Counted from the first letter of the whole stretch, positions 11,227-22,936 are shown. The stretch: 54,940 nt of DNA, filler included, from Jimgerdemannia flammicorona (GCA_003990765.1; 3 parts of 3 records of this genome joined end to end with filler, not necessarily neighbours in it); one strand, 5' to 3'. The notes: generated by a model from the sequence alone, not told the origin. Numbers and translations are program-made.

Positions 11227-14200
11227 CTAGTAACATAGCAACTAATAAGCATTCTAAGATATATATTAGGCAGAGTGACCCTAGTATATTTAACTAGCAG
11301 TATATAGAGAGAAGTCATAGCTTAGGGGAAAGTATGTGAGACTTACTGGCTGGAGGGTATAAAAGAAGAAGAGGTAGTGCAGGGGGGTAGAGAACTGAGA
11401 GGATGAGCTTTGTAGACAAGGTGAAGGAGAGTCATCTAGTAACTAGACTAGAGAACTAGCTGAGAAAGAGAAAGGAGATAGTGAGGACTGCTGGATCTGG
11501 TAAAGTGGTTCATAGTGATAAGAGCAGTAGAGTAGAGAGAGTAGGGACTAGAGAGAGTGAGACTGATAATTTGGAAAAAAAATCCAGATATAATGATTGA
11601 TAGTGGACCTGCATAGGGGGTGGATATAAGGTCTGCAGATCTGGTAGATAGTGTAATGGAACTAGTGACAACCCTATTACTCAAGAAATTGAGGTCTGAG
11701 TTTGTCATCATACTATACTTCTATGGTCTAATAGTGACTACAAGAATGATTCTGAAACTTCTGGCCCAGAAGGTAAAGGATACAGTCTTGGTGGAGTTCT
11801 TAAAGGGTCTGGAAGAGATGGAGGTTAGATTCAAGAAGAAGAATGTATTGTTGGCAGTAATGGAAAAGGGGATGATAGTAGGAGGAGTAGTGATCTCCAT
11901 GGCCAGATGCTTATACTGAGACCTCTGAGTAGTACAGTTGATGGTGATGGATGTTCTGATAGTATCAAAGGAGATGACCAGAAGGCTGATTGTAGAGGCC
12001 ATCAAGGAGTATAAGAATATTATAGATGTTGTATTTCAGGTCTAAGAAGGCATGGAGTTCAGGATGGGTAATGTAGATATTAGAGTACAGCTAATAGGTA
12101 AGAAGAATACAAGGAGATCATGGAACTCATCAGCAGTACTTAAATGGAAACTAGTAGAGTACAAAGTATCAAGAGTAAAGAGGATACAAGAGGAAGAAGA
12201 GAACTTATTAGAAGCATTGGAATATTTGGCTGATACTATTGAGAGGAGAAGGCTGGCCTGAAAGAAGTTTGAGACTAAGACAGTGATAGAGATTATAAAT
12301 GGCAAGAAGGTATAGCTGAATTGAGTGGCCTGGAAGAGGACACAGAGGAGGCATATTCAGAAGGATCTGCTGGTAAAGCTGGGTGGGAGGGTAGCAGGGG
12401 GGACTATTACTAAAGATGAGAGATTAAGGGTTAGTATCTGGGCTAGGGAGAAGAAAGTAGCTCTGGTAGTAGCCCAGAGAGAGAGAAGTGGTGCTGGGCT
12501 AAGTGTTATCATGGAGAATGCAGAGATAGTTGAAGGGAAGTATCCTTAGTATAGAGTGTCAGAAGGGGCTACTGGCAAGGATAAGCTATAAAATATACTG
12601 GAGGAAGATTGAGATGAGTTGGCAAGGAGGAATACTGAGGGAAGGCAGGCAGAAAGGGGGAAAATAGTAGCCCAAAGAGTTGAGAAGGTAGTGGATGAGG
12701 AGAAATAACTATGGAAAATACTTGAGAACATGGTAGCTAAAGAGCTGAGGAGAGAGGACTTTAGGATTTTGAGTGAGAGATACTGAGCTAAAATCTTACA
12801 TAGTGAGGAGGTGCTAAGGAAAATTCAAGAGAGACTGAGAAGTATCAAGTAGATGATTCCAGAGAGAAGATACTTTGGGTAATTGCAAATAACTAGGCTG
12901 CTTATATGTGAGAACTGAGGAAAGGGCTGATGAAGTGACAGGTGGTATGTGAGGAGTACCAGATAGAGATGGAGGCTGTAGATAGTATAGATTATTAGGA
13001 GATCTTGGTAATACTGAATACTCAGCAGGAGGAGGCAGATGAGCTTAAGGCAGAGAGGAACTTGGATCTTACAGATGAAGAAATGAGCATAAAATTATAG
13101 AGTGGGTGCTTCTTCTCAAAAAACATTATTCAATATAAATAGTATAACTAGGATCTTCTCTTTGAATATCAATAGACTGAGGGGTGTGATGAGATATCAG
13201 AATATCTTTAGTTGGTTGAAGGAGCAAGATATAGATCTTTTCTTATTATAGAACATATGTTATGATGTAGACTTAGACTTACTGGATTAGATAAGAGAAT
13301 AAGGAGGTATAGTAGTATAGTAAGATCAGGTGGGCATTCTGGTTAGGAAGGAAAAGGAGAATATTGGGGATATTGGATATTGGGAGAGCAGACTGATATA
13401 GAGAGTGTGGAAGAGGCCCGACTGGAGTCCCCTGACTATTGAGTCATACTATTACCCAGCAGAAAGGGGGAAATGAGTGGATTGGATTCAGAGATTGTAA
13501 GAGACCAATATTTTGGCAGCTGTGGAGCTTGACTGTTTGAAGAGTAACTTTAATATAATATATAATAGTAGGATGAACAGGACTAGTAGAGAGAGGGAAT
13601 TAACAGGCAGGAGTAGAGAGATGGAAGATTGGAAGAAAATTGAGAGACTGAGTTCTTTAGTAGATACTGGGCAACTTGGGTGAGAAGATTGTCAGATCTA
13701 TACTTATTAGATGACAGGGCTGAGATCAAGGATTAACTGGGTATTGATGGCTGAGTGCTGTGGTGCAGATATCTGGAGTGAGATTGAGATAGTCTGGTGT
13801 CCTTGATCAGACCACTGGGGCTTACTGGATAGAGAGAGGTTTGGGGGTAGTAGAGATGGGCCTGGATATTAGTATCTGAATACCTCACTACTGGGGGATT
13901 GTATCTTGTAGGGCAAATGAGCGATAGAAGTTAGTATTAGAATTATTAGCTAGAGGGCACAGGGGTTGGAGATTGGGGATCATTGGAGGCAGTTAAAATC
14001 TGATACTCAGTAGTACTGGGGGAAGGCCAGGAGAGAGAGAGGAGTCCAGTAGAGATAGCATGTTAGATGAGGATGGAGAAACTACTAGAGAGGTGGACAG
14101 GGTCTTTGGTAGACTGTGAGGAAGGAGACTGGAGGATTCAAAGGATCTAGTAGGAGGTGGCCAAACTAAAGGGACTGCTTAGACAGGAGGAGAAATTACA

Positions 14201-15455
14201 GGTGAAGAGGTTGGTAACTCAGCTAAGATAGCAAGATTTGGAGGAGGGAGAGTAGCCTACTAAATTTCTGTTGAGGCTACTGTGGACAAGGAGAACAAAA
14301 TAGCAGTGAGAAGGAATATTGGATGAAGTAGGAGATATGATGACAGAGACACCAGAGATTATGAGCCTACTGCAGTCTTGCTGGAGACAGCTATAGAGTA
14401 AGAAGGAGGGGCTCTGGGTATTGAACAGCAGTTAGAGGATTAGTACTCAGATCTGGCTATAGGTCTGAGTGAACTTGAAGCCCTAGTGTAAAGAGAGGAG
14501 GTGTGTTAGATCTTAGCAACAATAAGTATAGGAATGGCCCCTAAGAAGGATGAGTTGTCTTGAGATTTTTGGAAGAAGATAGCTAGTATTGAGATCATGC
14601 TAGAGGAGATAGTATGGATATGTGATGAAGTTATTAGCTCAGGGATCTGAATTGGGGGTCAGTGCCTGAGACTTGTAGCTATTGTATAAGAATAAGAGAA
14701 GAAGGGAAAATTAGAAGAACTAGAGACTGATCATGCTTCTGAATATAGATTACAAGTTAGTGATAAAGATTTTAGTAGCCAAGCTGCAAGAGGTAGCTCA
14801 GAAGATACTTGGGGCTGAGCAGAGGGACTTTATCAGTAGTCACTTGATTTGAGATAGGACAGCATGAGTTCATAGTATTATTGAGGGTGCTTGAGCAGCC
14901 AGGGTCAATGGTTGACTAGTCTTTCTGGATTAAGAGAAGATATATAATAGAGTTTGGTATATATGGCTGAAGGGAATGTTGAAATAAATGAGAGTCTCTC
15001 TAGAGTTTAGGAGATCATTGATTGGTCTATTGGAAGAGAGTCAGGTAACTATTATAGTGAATAGGTACAGGGAAGAGTCCTTCCCCCTAGACAGAGGAGT
15101 ACTGCAAGGAGATCTATTATTACTAATTCTCTATACCCTCTCACTAGAGCTCTTGTTAGATAGGATATAGTACAGAGTTGAGAGTTTGAATATTTTGGGA
15201 GTAAACTGAAATATTGGGGCCTTTGCTAATAACATAGTGGTCAGGCTGAGCTCTGTAGAGGATGTGGCAATACTGAAGAGTATAGTGGAATAATATAAGA
15301 GGTACTCAGATACTAGACTCAACTGGTATAAGTGTGAGACTCTGATCCTAGATAGAGGAATAGTTAGTGGTAATGTGATCAGAATAGTGGTCCTAGCTGG
15401 TAAAGTAGTCTGTTACTTGGGTATTTATTTTTCAGTATATGGTTCCCTGCTATTC
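11227..15455 (+). mobile_element. Heavily mutated L1/Tx1-like LINE (ORF1 relic, then APE-RT ORF2 from ~13140), truncated by chromovirus insertion
   Basis: Degenerate motifs IFSLNINRLRG, SRINWVL, SDH, GPGY*YLNTSLL, EGE*PTKFL, LLNIDYKL, FLD*EKIYNRV, RGVLQGDLL, FANN (FADD), YLGIYF; 5' part aligns to 54680-54940. Confidence 0.9.
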
Positions 15456-17519
15456 TGTAAGAGGGTTACTTTTTAGGGTGACCATTATGTAGTTCTGGAA
15501 AGGTTTTCTGGATATTCTGGATGTTCTGGAAGACCGTTTTCTTATGGTCAAGATCAATTTCATATGGAGTACGTCCTCTACACTTATTGATTTCTAGATC
15601 AGGTTGACGTCTCAACCAAAGTCCTTTTCTGGACTAGTTCTGGATGTTTAGGATTTTCCGTATTTCAGGAAGTTCAAGAAACTAAGACCAGCTTAGTTGA
15701 ATTGGTGTATCGCTGCAGACAATACCCAATTAGGAAATTTCGTGATGGGGTTAGGAGTAGGACCTAACAGAGAGCGGATTTACTTAAGAGTGATTTGTGG
15801 GTTATTAAATAGGTTTATTTGCTATTCATGATATTGCTATACTAGGAGTATTTGTGTGAAGGGGTATTGTGGGGAAGTGCTCAGGAGTTGTGTTCGGATT
15901 GTTCAAGTCTGTTCGAGTCTGAGATTCTGAGGTCTGGGGGAGGGGGTATTTATACTAGTGAGGGGCTATCTGGACTAGGCTAGATATGGATGTAGCACTA
16001 AGTGCTTTGCTGAGTCAGAATGCAGTCATGTAGTACAAGTGTGATCTGACATGTCAAGGGATCATCTGACTGCTGAGTCAGTTCACAGTCACATCGTACA
16101 AGGCTAATCTAAGTATACTATGTCTGCTAGACTATTTATAGGTTTAGGCACTATCTGGGTAGTCTTTGATGACATTACCATCGATTGCATCATCTCTGAT
16201 GAAGTAGTTATCTAGGAATAATGGTTCGTAGATTACTTCTCCTTGTTGGCTGAGGTAGTAATACATTGGGACTTCATCTCCGTCCCACAGGATAGCATCA
16301 TCTGTTTCGTATGCTGGATAAGGTGTTGGTGGATGAAGGATGGGTGTACTGTCTTCACTTTCATCGGATTCGCTGTCTGCGTACCTTCTATAGGTTATAG
16401 CACTATGAGTTGCAGGGTTATAGTATGCTGGCGGCTGTGGTTCATGTTGCTCGTACTCAGGTAGTAGAGTGGTTGGTTCGATCTCGAGGGGTACAGGTTG
16501 TGTTCTCCGGTCTCTTCATTGTAATTGAAGTAATCGGGGGTGAACATGGGTTGGTATTCGTGCCAGTGGTCATTGTCCCAATAAGTCTCGTATGCAGTTA
16601 TGAACTGTTGTAAGTTCATCGGCAAGGTTGGCAGAGTGATCAGGGTTGGCAGAGATCCTTAGCTAGAGGTCATGTCGGCGTCAGAGGGATCATTGTCTTC
16701 TGCTTCATCTTTGTCGAAGTGGATTATATTGTAGACGTCCTTCATAGCATATCCAACTTGAGGCATTTGTAGGATATGGTCATCAGGGTGCGGGAAGGTT
16801 CTGTCTGTGGTTTCGACATACTCGAGGTACTTGTGGTTGATTTCTTATATCATGTCATCGATTTGGCCGTAGGACAGGGTAGCAACCATTTTGCTGGTAG
16901 TAACTCGGAGGCGGGGAATAAAGGTGTTGTACTCATAGAAGAGTTCTTGATGTTTGCGGGCGATGAGCTTCTGGTGTTGAGACATCTGGGTAATGTCTGT
17001 ATCATGGTGGTGTTTGACCATGTCATCCAGGAGGCAGCCGATCTGGTAGTAACTTGAGATTTGTCCAATTCGGTGGGCCTTGCTAAGCATGTTCAGGGCA
17101 TTCCATTGGGCTTCCACGAAGTAGAGGGGTGCTAGGCTATGGATATTCATGAGGAGCAGAGGGGGTGTGGCTCGGTTGACAATGGCATTCCAAATGTCAG
17201 CGCGGATGTGGTTGTAGATCTCAGTAGTCATGTTTGTGTGTTTGGAAGTTGTGGTTGTTGTTTGTTTTGGTTCTCTGATTCGACGCGTTTTGGTGCTCAG
17301 TATATATGCATTTGGTCCTGATTGGTAAGATTCCGTTTGTGTAGATCTTGTATTCCGTGACTTCGTATTGACTCAGCTTTGTGCACTATGACTTCGGTTT
17401 GACTCAGCTTTGTGGTCAAGCAGGTGATTTCCAGATTTGTTCAGAGGTCACGTGTGATTTCAGTGGCTTGTTCAGAGGGTGAGATGTAATTTCGGTGGCT
17501 TGGAGGTTGTGCACTTACA
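15456..17519 (-). repeat. 3' LTR (2064 bp) of the chromovirus
   Basis: Inverted termini TGTAAG...CTTACA; PPT adjacent; LINE RT frame stops abruptly at 15455; partner LTR not in the window. Confidence 0.8.
16659..17231 (-). pseudogene. ~190-codon LTR-embedded ORF, one internal TAA
   Basis: ORF 16845-17231 continues in frame after TAA (probably CAA) to an acidic tail IIHFDKDEAEDND; shares motifs with the gypsy-1 LTR ORF. Confidence 0.75.
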
Positions 17520-17579
17520 ACTCTCCCCTTCTTAGCTTTCGATGTCCTCATTGGGGCCTTCTAGTTTGTTCTAGTGTTG

Positions 17580-17882
17580 TTATACCATTTGGGAGGTCAA
17601 AAGTCTGGTAAGATCCATTTTCTCAGAAAGTGGCATGCTCATAGTACAGTTGCCTAACGCGTTAGATTCACATGTTAAAGAGTCGTGTGTTCGATGCCGT
17701 GCGCTGGAAGTGATTCTGATGTCATTCACTGCTGGAGAATTTCCTCTAAGGAATCTTCTTAAATATCTATGCCTTGTTTCCCACCAGTGGTATAGGGAGA
17801 ATAGGCTTGCTTTCAGTTTTGCTATTTTTTCCAGAGGGTCGGTATTCTTGTCTTGTTTTGCTGAGTTCTTGATTTGGTTCAT
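17580..17882 (-). CDS. Extra 100-aa ORF between pol and PPT, unknown function
   Basis: Intact ATG-to-stop ORF, in frame with pol after the pol TAG. Confidence 0.35.
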   Translation of the reverse strand: MNQIKNSAKQDKNTDPLEKIAKLKASLFSLYHWWETRHRYLRRFLRGNSPAVNDIRITSSARHRTHDSLTCESNALGNCTMSMPLSEKMDLTRLLTSQMV

Positions 17883-18259
17883 GATAGTTATAATGTTCAG
17901 GAGGGTAATATATAGTATGTATGGATAGGTGGAGAGTATTTGGTTCTAGTTGTTCAAGGAATCATATTCCTGAACTAGGTTGGTAGCATTCTGGAGGTTG
18001 GTCTTGGGTTCCCAGGTTGCATTGTGGATTGGGTAACCTTTCCATTTGACAAGGTACTCGGGATGGTTCTTGTTGCCATGTTTGTTGAGGATTTATTCAA
18101 CTTTGTATTCTTCTTGGTCATTAATAATGACAGATGCAGGTGGTTTGGTGGTCCGATTTGGAAATAGCTCATCATCATTGTCATTGTATCGCTTTAGACG
18201 TTGAACATTAAAGACTGGGTGAATCTTAATGGTGTCTGGTAGCACCAGTTTGTAGGAGG

Positions 18260-18359
18260 NNNNNNNNNNNNNNNNNNNNNNNNNNNNNNNNNNNNNNNNN
18301 NNNTTAATTAATTAANNNNNNNNNNNNNNNNNNNNNNNNNNNNNNNNNNNNNNNNNNNN
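18260..18359. other. Artificial contig linker
   Basis: N-run with central TTAATTAATTAA (stops in six frames), identical to 36606-36705. Confidence 0.97.
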
Positions 18360-18475
18360 CATCCCCCCCCCCTACTCCTTTTCGACGAAAAACCACTTTA
18401 TCAAACACCATCGCCACCCACCCACCACTCTACTCACAGATCTCCTCCACCAGACGGTGGCGATGCCCACCTTGC

Positions 18476-20775
18476 AGTCTCCACCAGTTGAGCACCTCCG
18501 TGCCCTCCAGCAGGACCACGCAGTCGCTGGCGAGGTAAATGGTAAGTTCGTCTATTGATGGTAGCTCTTTCACTGACGGCTCCCTCTTCCTCTTTCTGCC
18601 AAAGTAAATGTGGGACAGGAGGGATCCCTCGGCATATTCATCTGGACTTCGGCCAGAACCTTGTGGTGGTGCATAGTTTTTCCGGTACACTTCAATTATG
18701 GCCTGCTTGGTTCTCTCAATGAAGTACTGCTCCCAGCCCTGATCTTTATGGTATTGTAGCTTTAAGCGTAGGTCCAGCACTGTTTGAAGAAAAGGAGAGT
18801 GAGTTTTTGTGGGGTTTCCACTGTTTTGGAAGGGGCAACAGCCACATGCCAACATTGACATACCTGTACTGATTGAGTATACGGCAGTATCTGTTTGAGT
18901 GTAGTATTTTCTAAGCTTGCTTAGAGCAACCACCATGGCATCTCTCTGATCTGGGCTTAACCGTAAATCACCGCAACCCTCCAACCTGTCCTCGAGCTTG
19001 TTCTCTAGCTGGTCAATCAGAAGGTTATATACCGATATCGCAGAGCTTATTGTCAGGGTCGTTTGTTTGACTATATCCTTCGTACAATCGTCGAAACACT
19101 GGCAGTTATATGTGGTGAGGTGCGGAGGCAGACAAAACGAGTGTGGAGCCAGGGCAACCACCACTTACTTCCAAAACTCTGATAACATTCCTAAGTATGT
19201 CCCACTCGCTTTCACCTAGAGCCTCGGCCCATATTTCCTTGTTAGCAGCCATCGTTGAATCTATTGGCTTTTTTTTTTTTTAAAATAAATCTTTCATTAT
19301 CCGAAACAGTTGCTTCAGCCGACCGAAGAAAAAAAGAATGCATATGACAGCAAACTCCAGCACACACTGGATCATTGCAAATGTTGAGTTCCAACACATA
19401 CAGACATCCAATATAAGCTCTTTCAGGGCTAAACTGATTGCCCTATCCTGTGCAGTGAATTTGTCTCATCTTTGTGGGGATGATCAGACTGACACAACCA
19501 GTTTGTATAGCTTGGAAATTATACTCAGGGCCCCTCCTCTCTCGGATGTTTTGTCTATGTGCGTAGATAGTCCTGAATAGTGAGGTTCAGTACGTGGGCC
19601 TGGCATCGCACACAGCAGCTTTCTGAACTGAAGGCCATGTTTTCTTGTTTGAGGCTGGCTGCTAAACCTTGGAAAAATGTTGAGTTGTTTGTGGCATTGT
19701 CCATCGTAATGACCAAAATCTGTACTTGAAATATTTGGTTGACAAATTTATGTGAAATAAGTAACCAATAAAATCTGGTTTGGTTTAGGACCTCCCTCAA
19801 AATACCGACCTGATGGCAAGCCCCCCTATTTTACCTTGGTGATGATCCCAAGCTCCCGGATACAACTAATAAAAGCATCTGCGATGTTGTCTCCAGAATG
19901 AGGGCCAGCAAGTTTGATGAAGTCAAGAGTGAGAGATATAAGCTGCCAATCGAGGTCAATCCAATGACTGGTAATGCCCAGAAATGAAATTGCATTGGGG
20001 GATGTCCATGTGTCGATCGTAAACGAAATTTTGCCTGCCGAATTCTGCTTATTGAATGTGAGGTTAAATTGGTGAGCTCTCTTGTATAATTCAGCTTACA
20101 AAGGTCATGGTGCTGCCCTTATTTTACCTGAAGTGTTTGGCGGAGATTGTCATGCTCCTTCCTATAGGCCTCCAGGACATCTTTGTGAATAGTATCAGTA
20201 CTTAGCAAATATAAATCATGCTTGAGGAGGCCAAAGATGCTATGCAATTGATCACTCTCGATGGTTGTGAATGGCTGGTCTGCATACACAATCTAGCGAA
20301 TGAGCCGATTTCGAAATTCTGCCGAAGAGTATGGCTAAAATTTTTGATTAAATGGCATTGTTGGTACAGAAATGGTCAGGCAATTGGATAAACGTACCCA
20401 CCATAGCTTGGATGTCGATTTTATTTGTCTCCATGTTCTTTTTGATTTTGTCAGAGTGCTTGTCTTTTATGTGTCGATTCATGTTCGAAGTTGTACCCCT
20501 AAGCATTTTGAACTTCTGGCTGGTGCAGTTCATGGGGGTGGATGATACAATATCATGTATGTGTCAAACAATATCATGTGTGTGTCAAAACAAAGTGTCA
20601 ATAGGTGCGTCTTAATTTTTTACCTGCAATAATTACAAACAACATCATCTCCTATCTTAGAACAATGTTGCCAGATTTTGGAGCGAGGATTGCGTGGAAG
20701 GTGTGGAACTATCAGGGATGTTTGACTTGAAGCATCATTGGTACTGTGAACTGTTGAAGACTAATCTGTCGACAT
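18476..20775 (-). pseudogene. Intron-containing hAT transposase with BED finger, in-frame stops
   Basis: RSKIWQH..VVCNYC / GTTSNMNRHIKDKH (BED); ISFTIDTWTS..FLGITSHWID; GPHSGDNI; ITMDNATNN; RCQAHVLNL; WNST; LDLRLK; ELTIYL..VLNWW; several GT-AG introns. Confidence 0.92.
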
Positions 20776-20887
20776 GTGTGTTTGCGTGTTTGTATGTACA
20801 TATGTATGTGTGTGTGTGTATGCATGTGTGTATATATGTGTGTGTGTGTTGTATTGTGGATGCGTCCAGCATATGAGTCATGTGGAG

Positions 20888-21437
20888 GATTTGGATTGCA
20901 GGATTTGGTTGAAGGATTCGGATGAGGATTCAGATTGAAGGATTCGAATTGGAGGATTCGAATTGGAGGATTCGAATTGGAGGATTGGAATTGAGTGATT
21001 CGGATTGAGTGATTTGGATTGAGTAATTCGGATTGAGTGATTTGGATAGAGTGGTCCGGATTGGAGTGGTTTGGATGGGTGATTCAGATGGGTGATTTGG
21101 ATGGGGCAATTCAGATGGGGCGATTCAGATTGAGTGATTCGGATTGAGTGATTTGGATTGAGTAATTCGGATTGAGTGATTTGGATAGAGTGGTCCGGAT
21201 TGGAGTGGTTTGGATGGGTGATTCAGATGGGTGATTTGGATGGGGCAATTCAGATGGGGCGATTCAGATTGAGTGATTCGGATTGAGTGATTCGGATTGG
21301 GGTGGTTCGGATGGGTGATTCGGATGGGGTGATTCAGATGGGGCGATTCAGATTAAATCCAAGTTGATCCAGATGGCTTCGGATTTGAGAATCGAATCAA
21401 ACCATCATGTGACGAATCGAATTCGGATTTGATTCAA
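20888..21437. repeat. hAT subterminal repeats (GATTCGGAT-like units, higher-order 139-bp duplication)
   Basis: Dozens of 12-13-bp units; block starts at 20993, 21132 and 21271. Confidence 0.9.
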
Positions 21438-21458
21438 ATTGACTCGTTCGGAGCACTA

Positions 21459-22936
21459 ATGGTTATGTTGGCCCGGCTGACTGTACTGTACTGATTGGGG
21501 GCATACCCTGCCCACAACCCACCTCCTACGTGTACCTGGGCATGCCGTACACTAACAAAGGGTTTGACTTTGTCAACCTTACATTGCAGAATGCGGCGAA
21601 GGTGGAACAAACTCTTGGTTTCTGCCACACCCATGGTCCCCTCTGGTCACTAATGGTCAAGTTGGCCATCATATGAACATTCATCAGGCCTCAGCTGGAG
21701 TATGGCCTCCCCCTTCTACAAGCTTCCTGTCCAGCTACTACCATGGGGCTTCAGGTGTTGAAGTGTCCCGAGCAGGTCTTTGATGACGCTGTCACTTGGG
21801 CAGTTGGATTTTCTGGCTGTCCCTTGCTTGGCAGCTCGATTCTTGGCCTCTCTTCCTTCCTTCATCATATGTCTGACCTCTGCTGCATATTCCAAGCCCA
21901 CCTGGATTGGTGTAGCAAGTCAGGTAACAACCCTATCAGTCCCCTTAGCGAGCACTTTGTCACGCATCCCCCGGGTTCTATTATTGACAAGTTCCGGCAT
22001 TGGACCTCTTGGCTTGACTTCCTCAACTAGTACTGGGACCTTTGTCCCCAGGTCCGCAAGACTCGCTCGCTCTGCTCCTTCTTCCAGTCCTTCCTTTGGG
22101 ATCAGTTGCTGCAGGAATGGGCCTCCTCTTCTCAGGCTCTCGTTCGGTATATCACCCCCAAAGGCCACTTGCGGTCGAGGGGTGCCGATTGTGTCCTCTC
22201 CTTCCCCCCCCAGCTTGTGCATTCTGCCCTTGCTTGGCATTATGGCTACTTTGGCCAACCCTGCCCCTGCCCCTGTGGAGATAAGTTTCATCATGGCCAT
22301 CTCCTCAGGTGCAGTCTTCTCAACGGTTCGTATTCTGCTTTCCGAGGTTCTTCCGATTGTGATGAACAACTCGATTGGTTTTCCAATGATGAATGCCAGG
22401 AAGAACTTCATGCCTACCCTCTTCATGCTCTTCACTTGACAGCCTACCATGCTATAGACACCATGTATAATTCTGGTGGCCACCTCGTGGTCGGGTTTTG
22501 TCTGACCGAGATTATGAAGATGCTTGGGTGATTGAGCGATCGCACATTTTCTTTACTCCTTTCCTTCCCCTCATTTGCCCTGGTTGGTTCCCCAGTCATT
22601 GAGAGCGCATTGAGTTATTCATCTCATGTCAGTCGTTTAGTGTTTAGTTGTTGATACAGTTCATGTAGTTGGTGCCAGGTAAATGTGTATTATATCTTAG
22701 CCTTTCTTTTCTTGCTTCTGCATTTATTATCTTTATGGCCATGACAAAATGGTTTTATCCAGCCCGTCCATAGGGTGGTCACCTCTCTGGCCTTTGTTTT
22801 GTACTTCTTAGCTAGTTGTTTACTTCGCTGGCCTTGTTTTGCTTTTCTCATCTTAGGTGTCTTGTCTTTTGTTGCACTGATGTACCCTACCTTCTCTACA
22901 ATGAATAAATTCTTACTTAAAGCCTAACCCTAACCC
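21459..22936 (+). mobile_element. Telomere-repeat-tailed non-LTR element, copy A (RT C-terminus and 3' UTR)
   Basis: YVYLGMP, FIRPQLEYGL, CPCGDKFHHGHLLRC; colinear with 25473-26948; ends AATAAA..GCCTAACCCTAACCC. Confidence 0.93.

Larger units (their letters stand above)
15456..18259 (-). mobile_element. 3' part of a chromovirus-type Ty3/gypsy element (cut by contig end)
   Basis: Integrase C-terminus YKLVLPDTIKIHPVFNVQRLKRY and chromodomain EYKVE*IL...EYLVKWKGYPIHNATWEP (~17960-18255); PPT AAGAAGGGGAGAG at 17521-17533; LTR. Confidence 0.92.
18360..21458 (-). mobile_element. hAT DNA transposon, 5' half (other end beyond contig edge)
   Basis: Transposase motifs, subterminal repeats, terminus TAGTGCTCCGAA on the minus strand at 21458, after which LINE RT sequence starts abruptly. 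Confidence 0.88.

Noticed and set aside
15460..15480. GGGTTA/TTAGGG hexamers at the chromovirus LTR end
   Set aside because: Isolated and non-tandem; expected by chance
18260..18359. TTAATTAATTAA palindrome inside N-runs (also 36606-36705)
   Set aside because: Artificial six-frame-stop spacer; no biological adjacency can be inferred across it
20888..21437. Repeat field as a CRISPR array or telomere
   Set aside because: No unique spacers, eukaryotic context, and it lies between the hAT terminus and the transposase start
21780..22483. Long alternative-frame and antisense ORFs (21780-22439, 21920-22483, 25856-26455)
   Set aside because: Shadows of the ORF2 C-terminus in C/T-rich sequence; the motif-bearing frame is a different one
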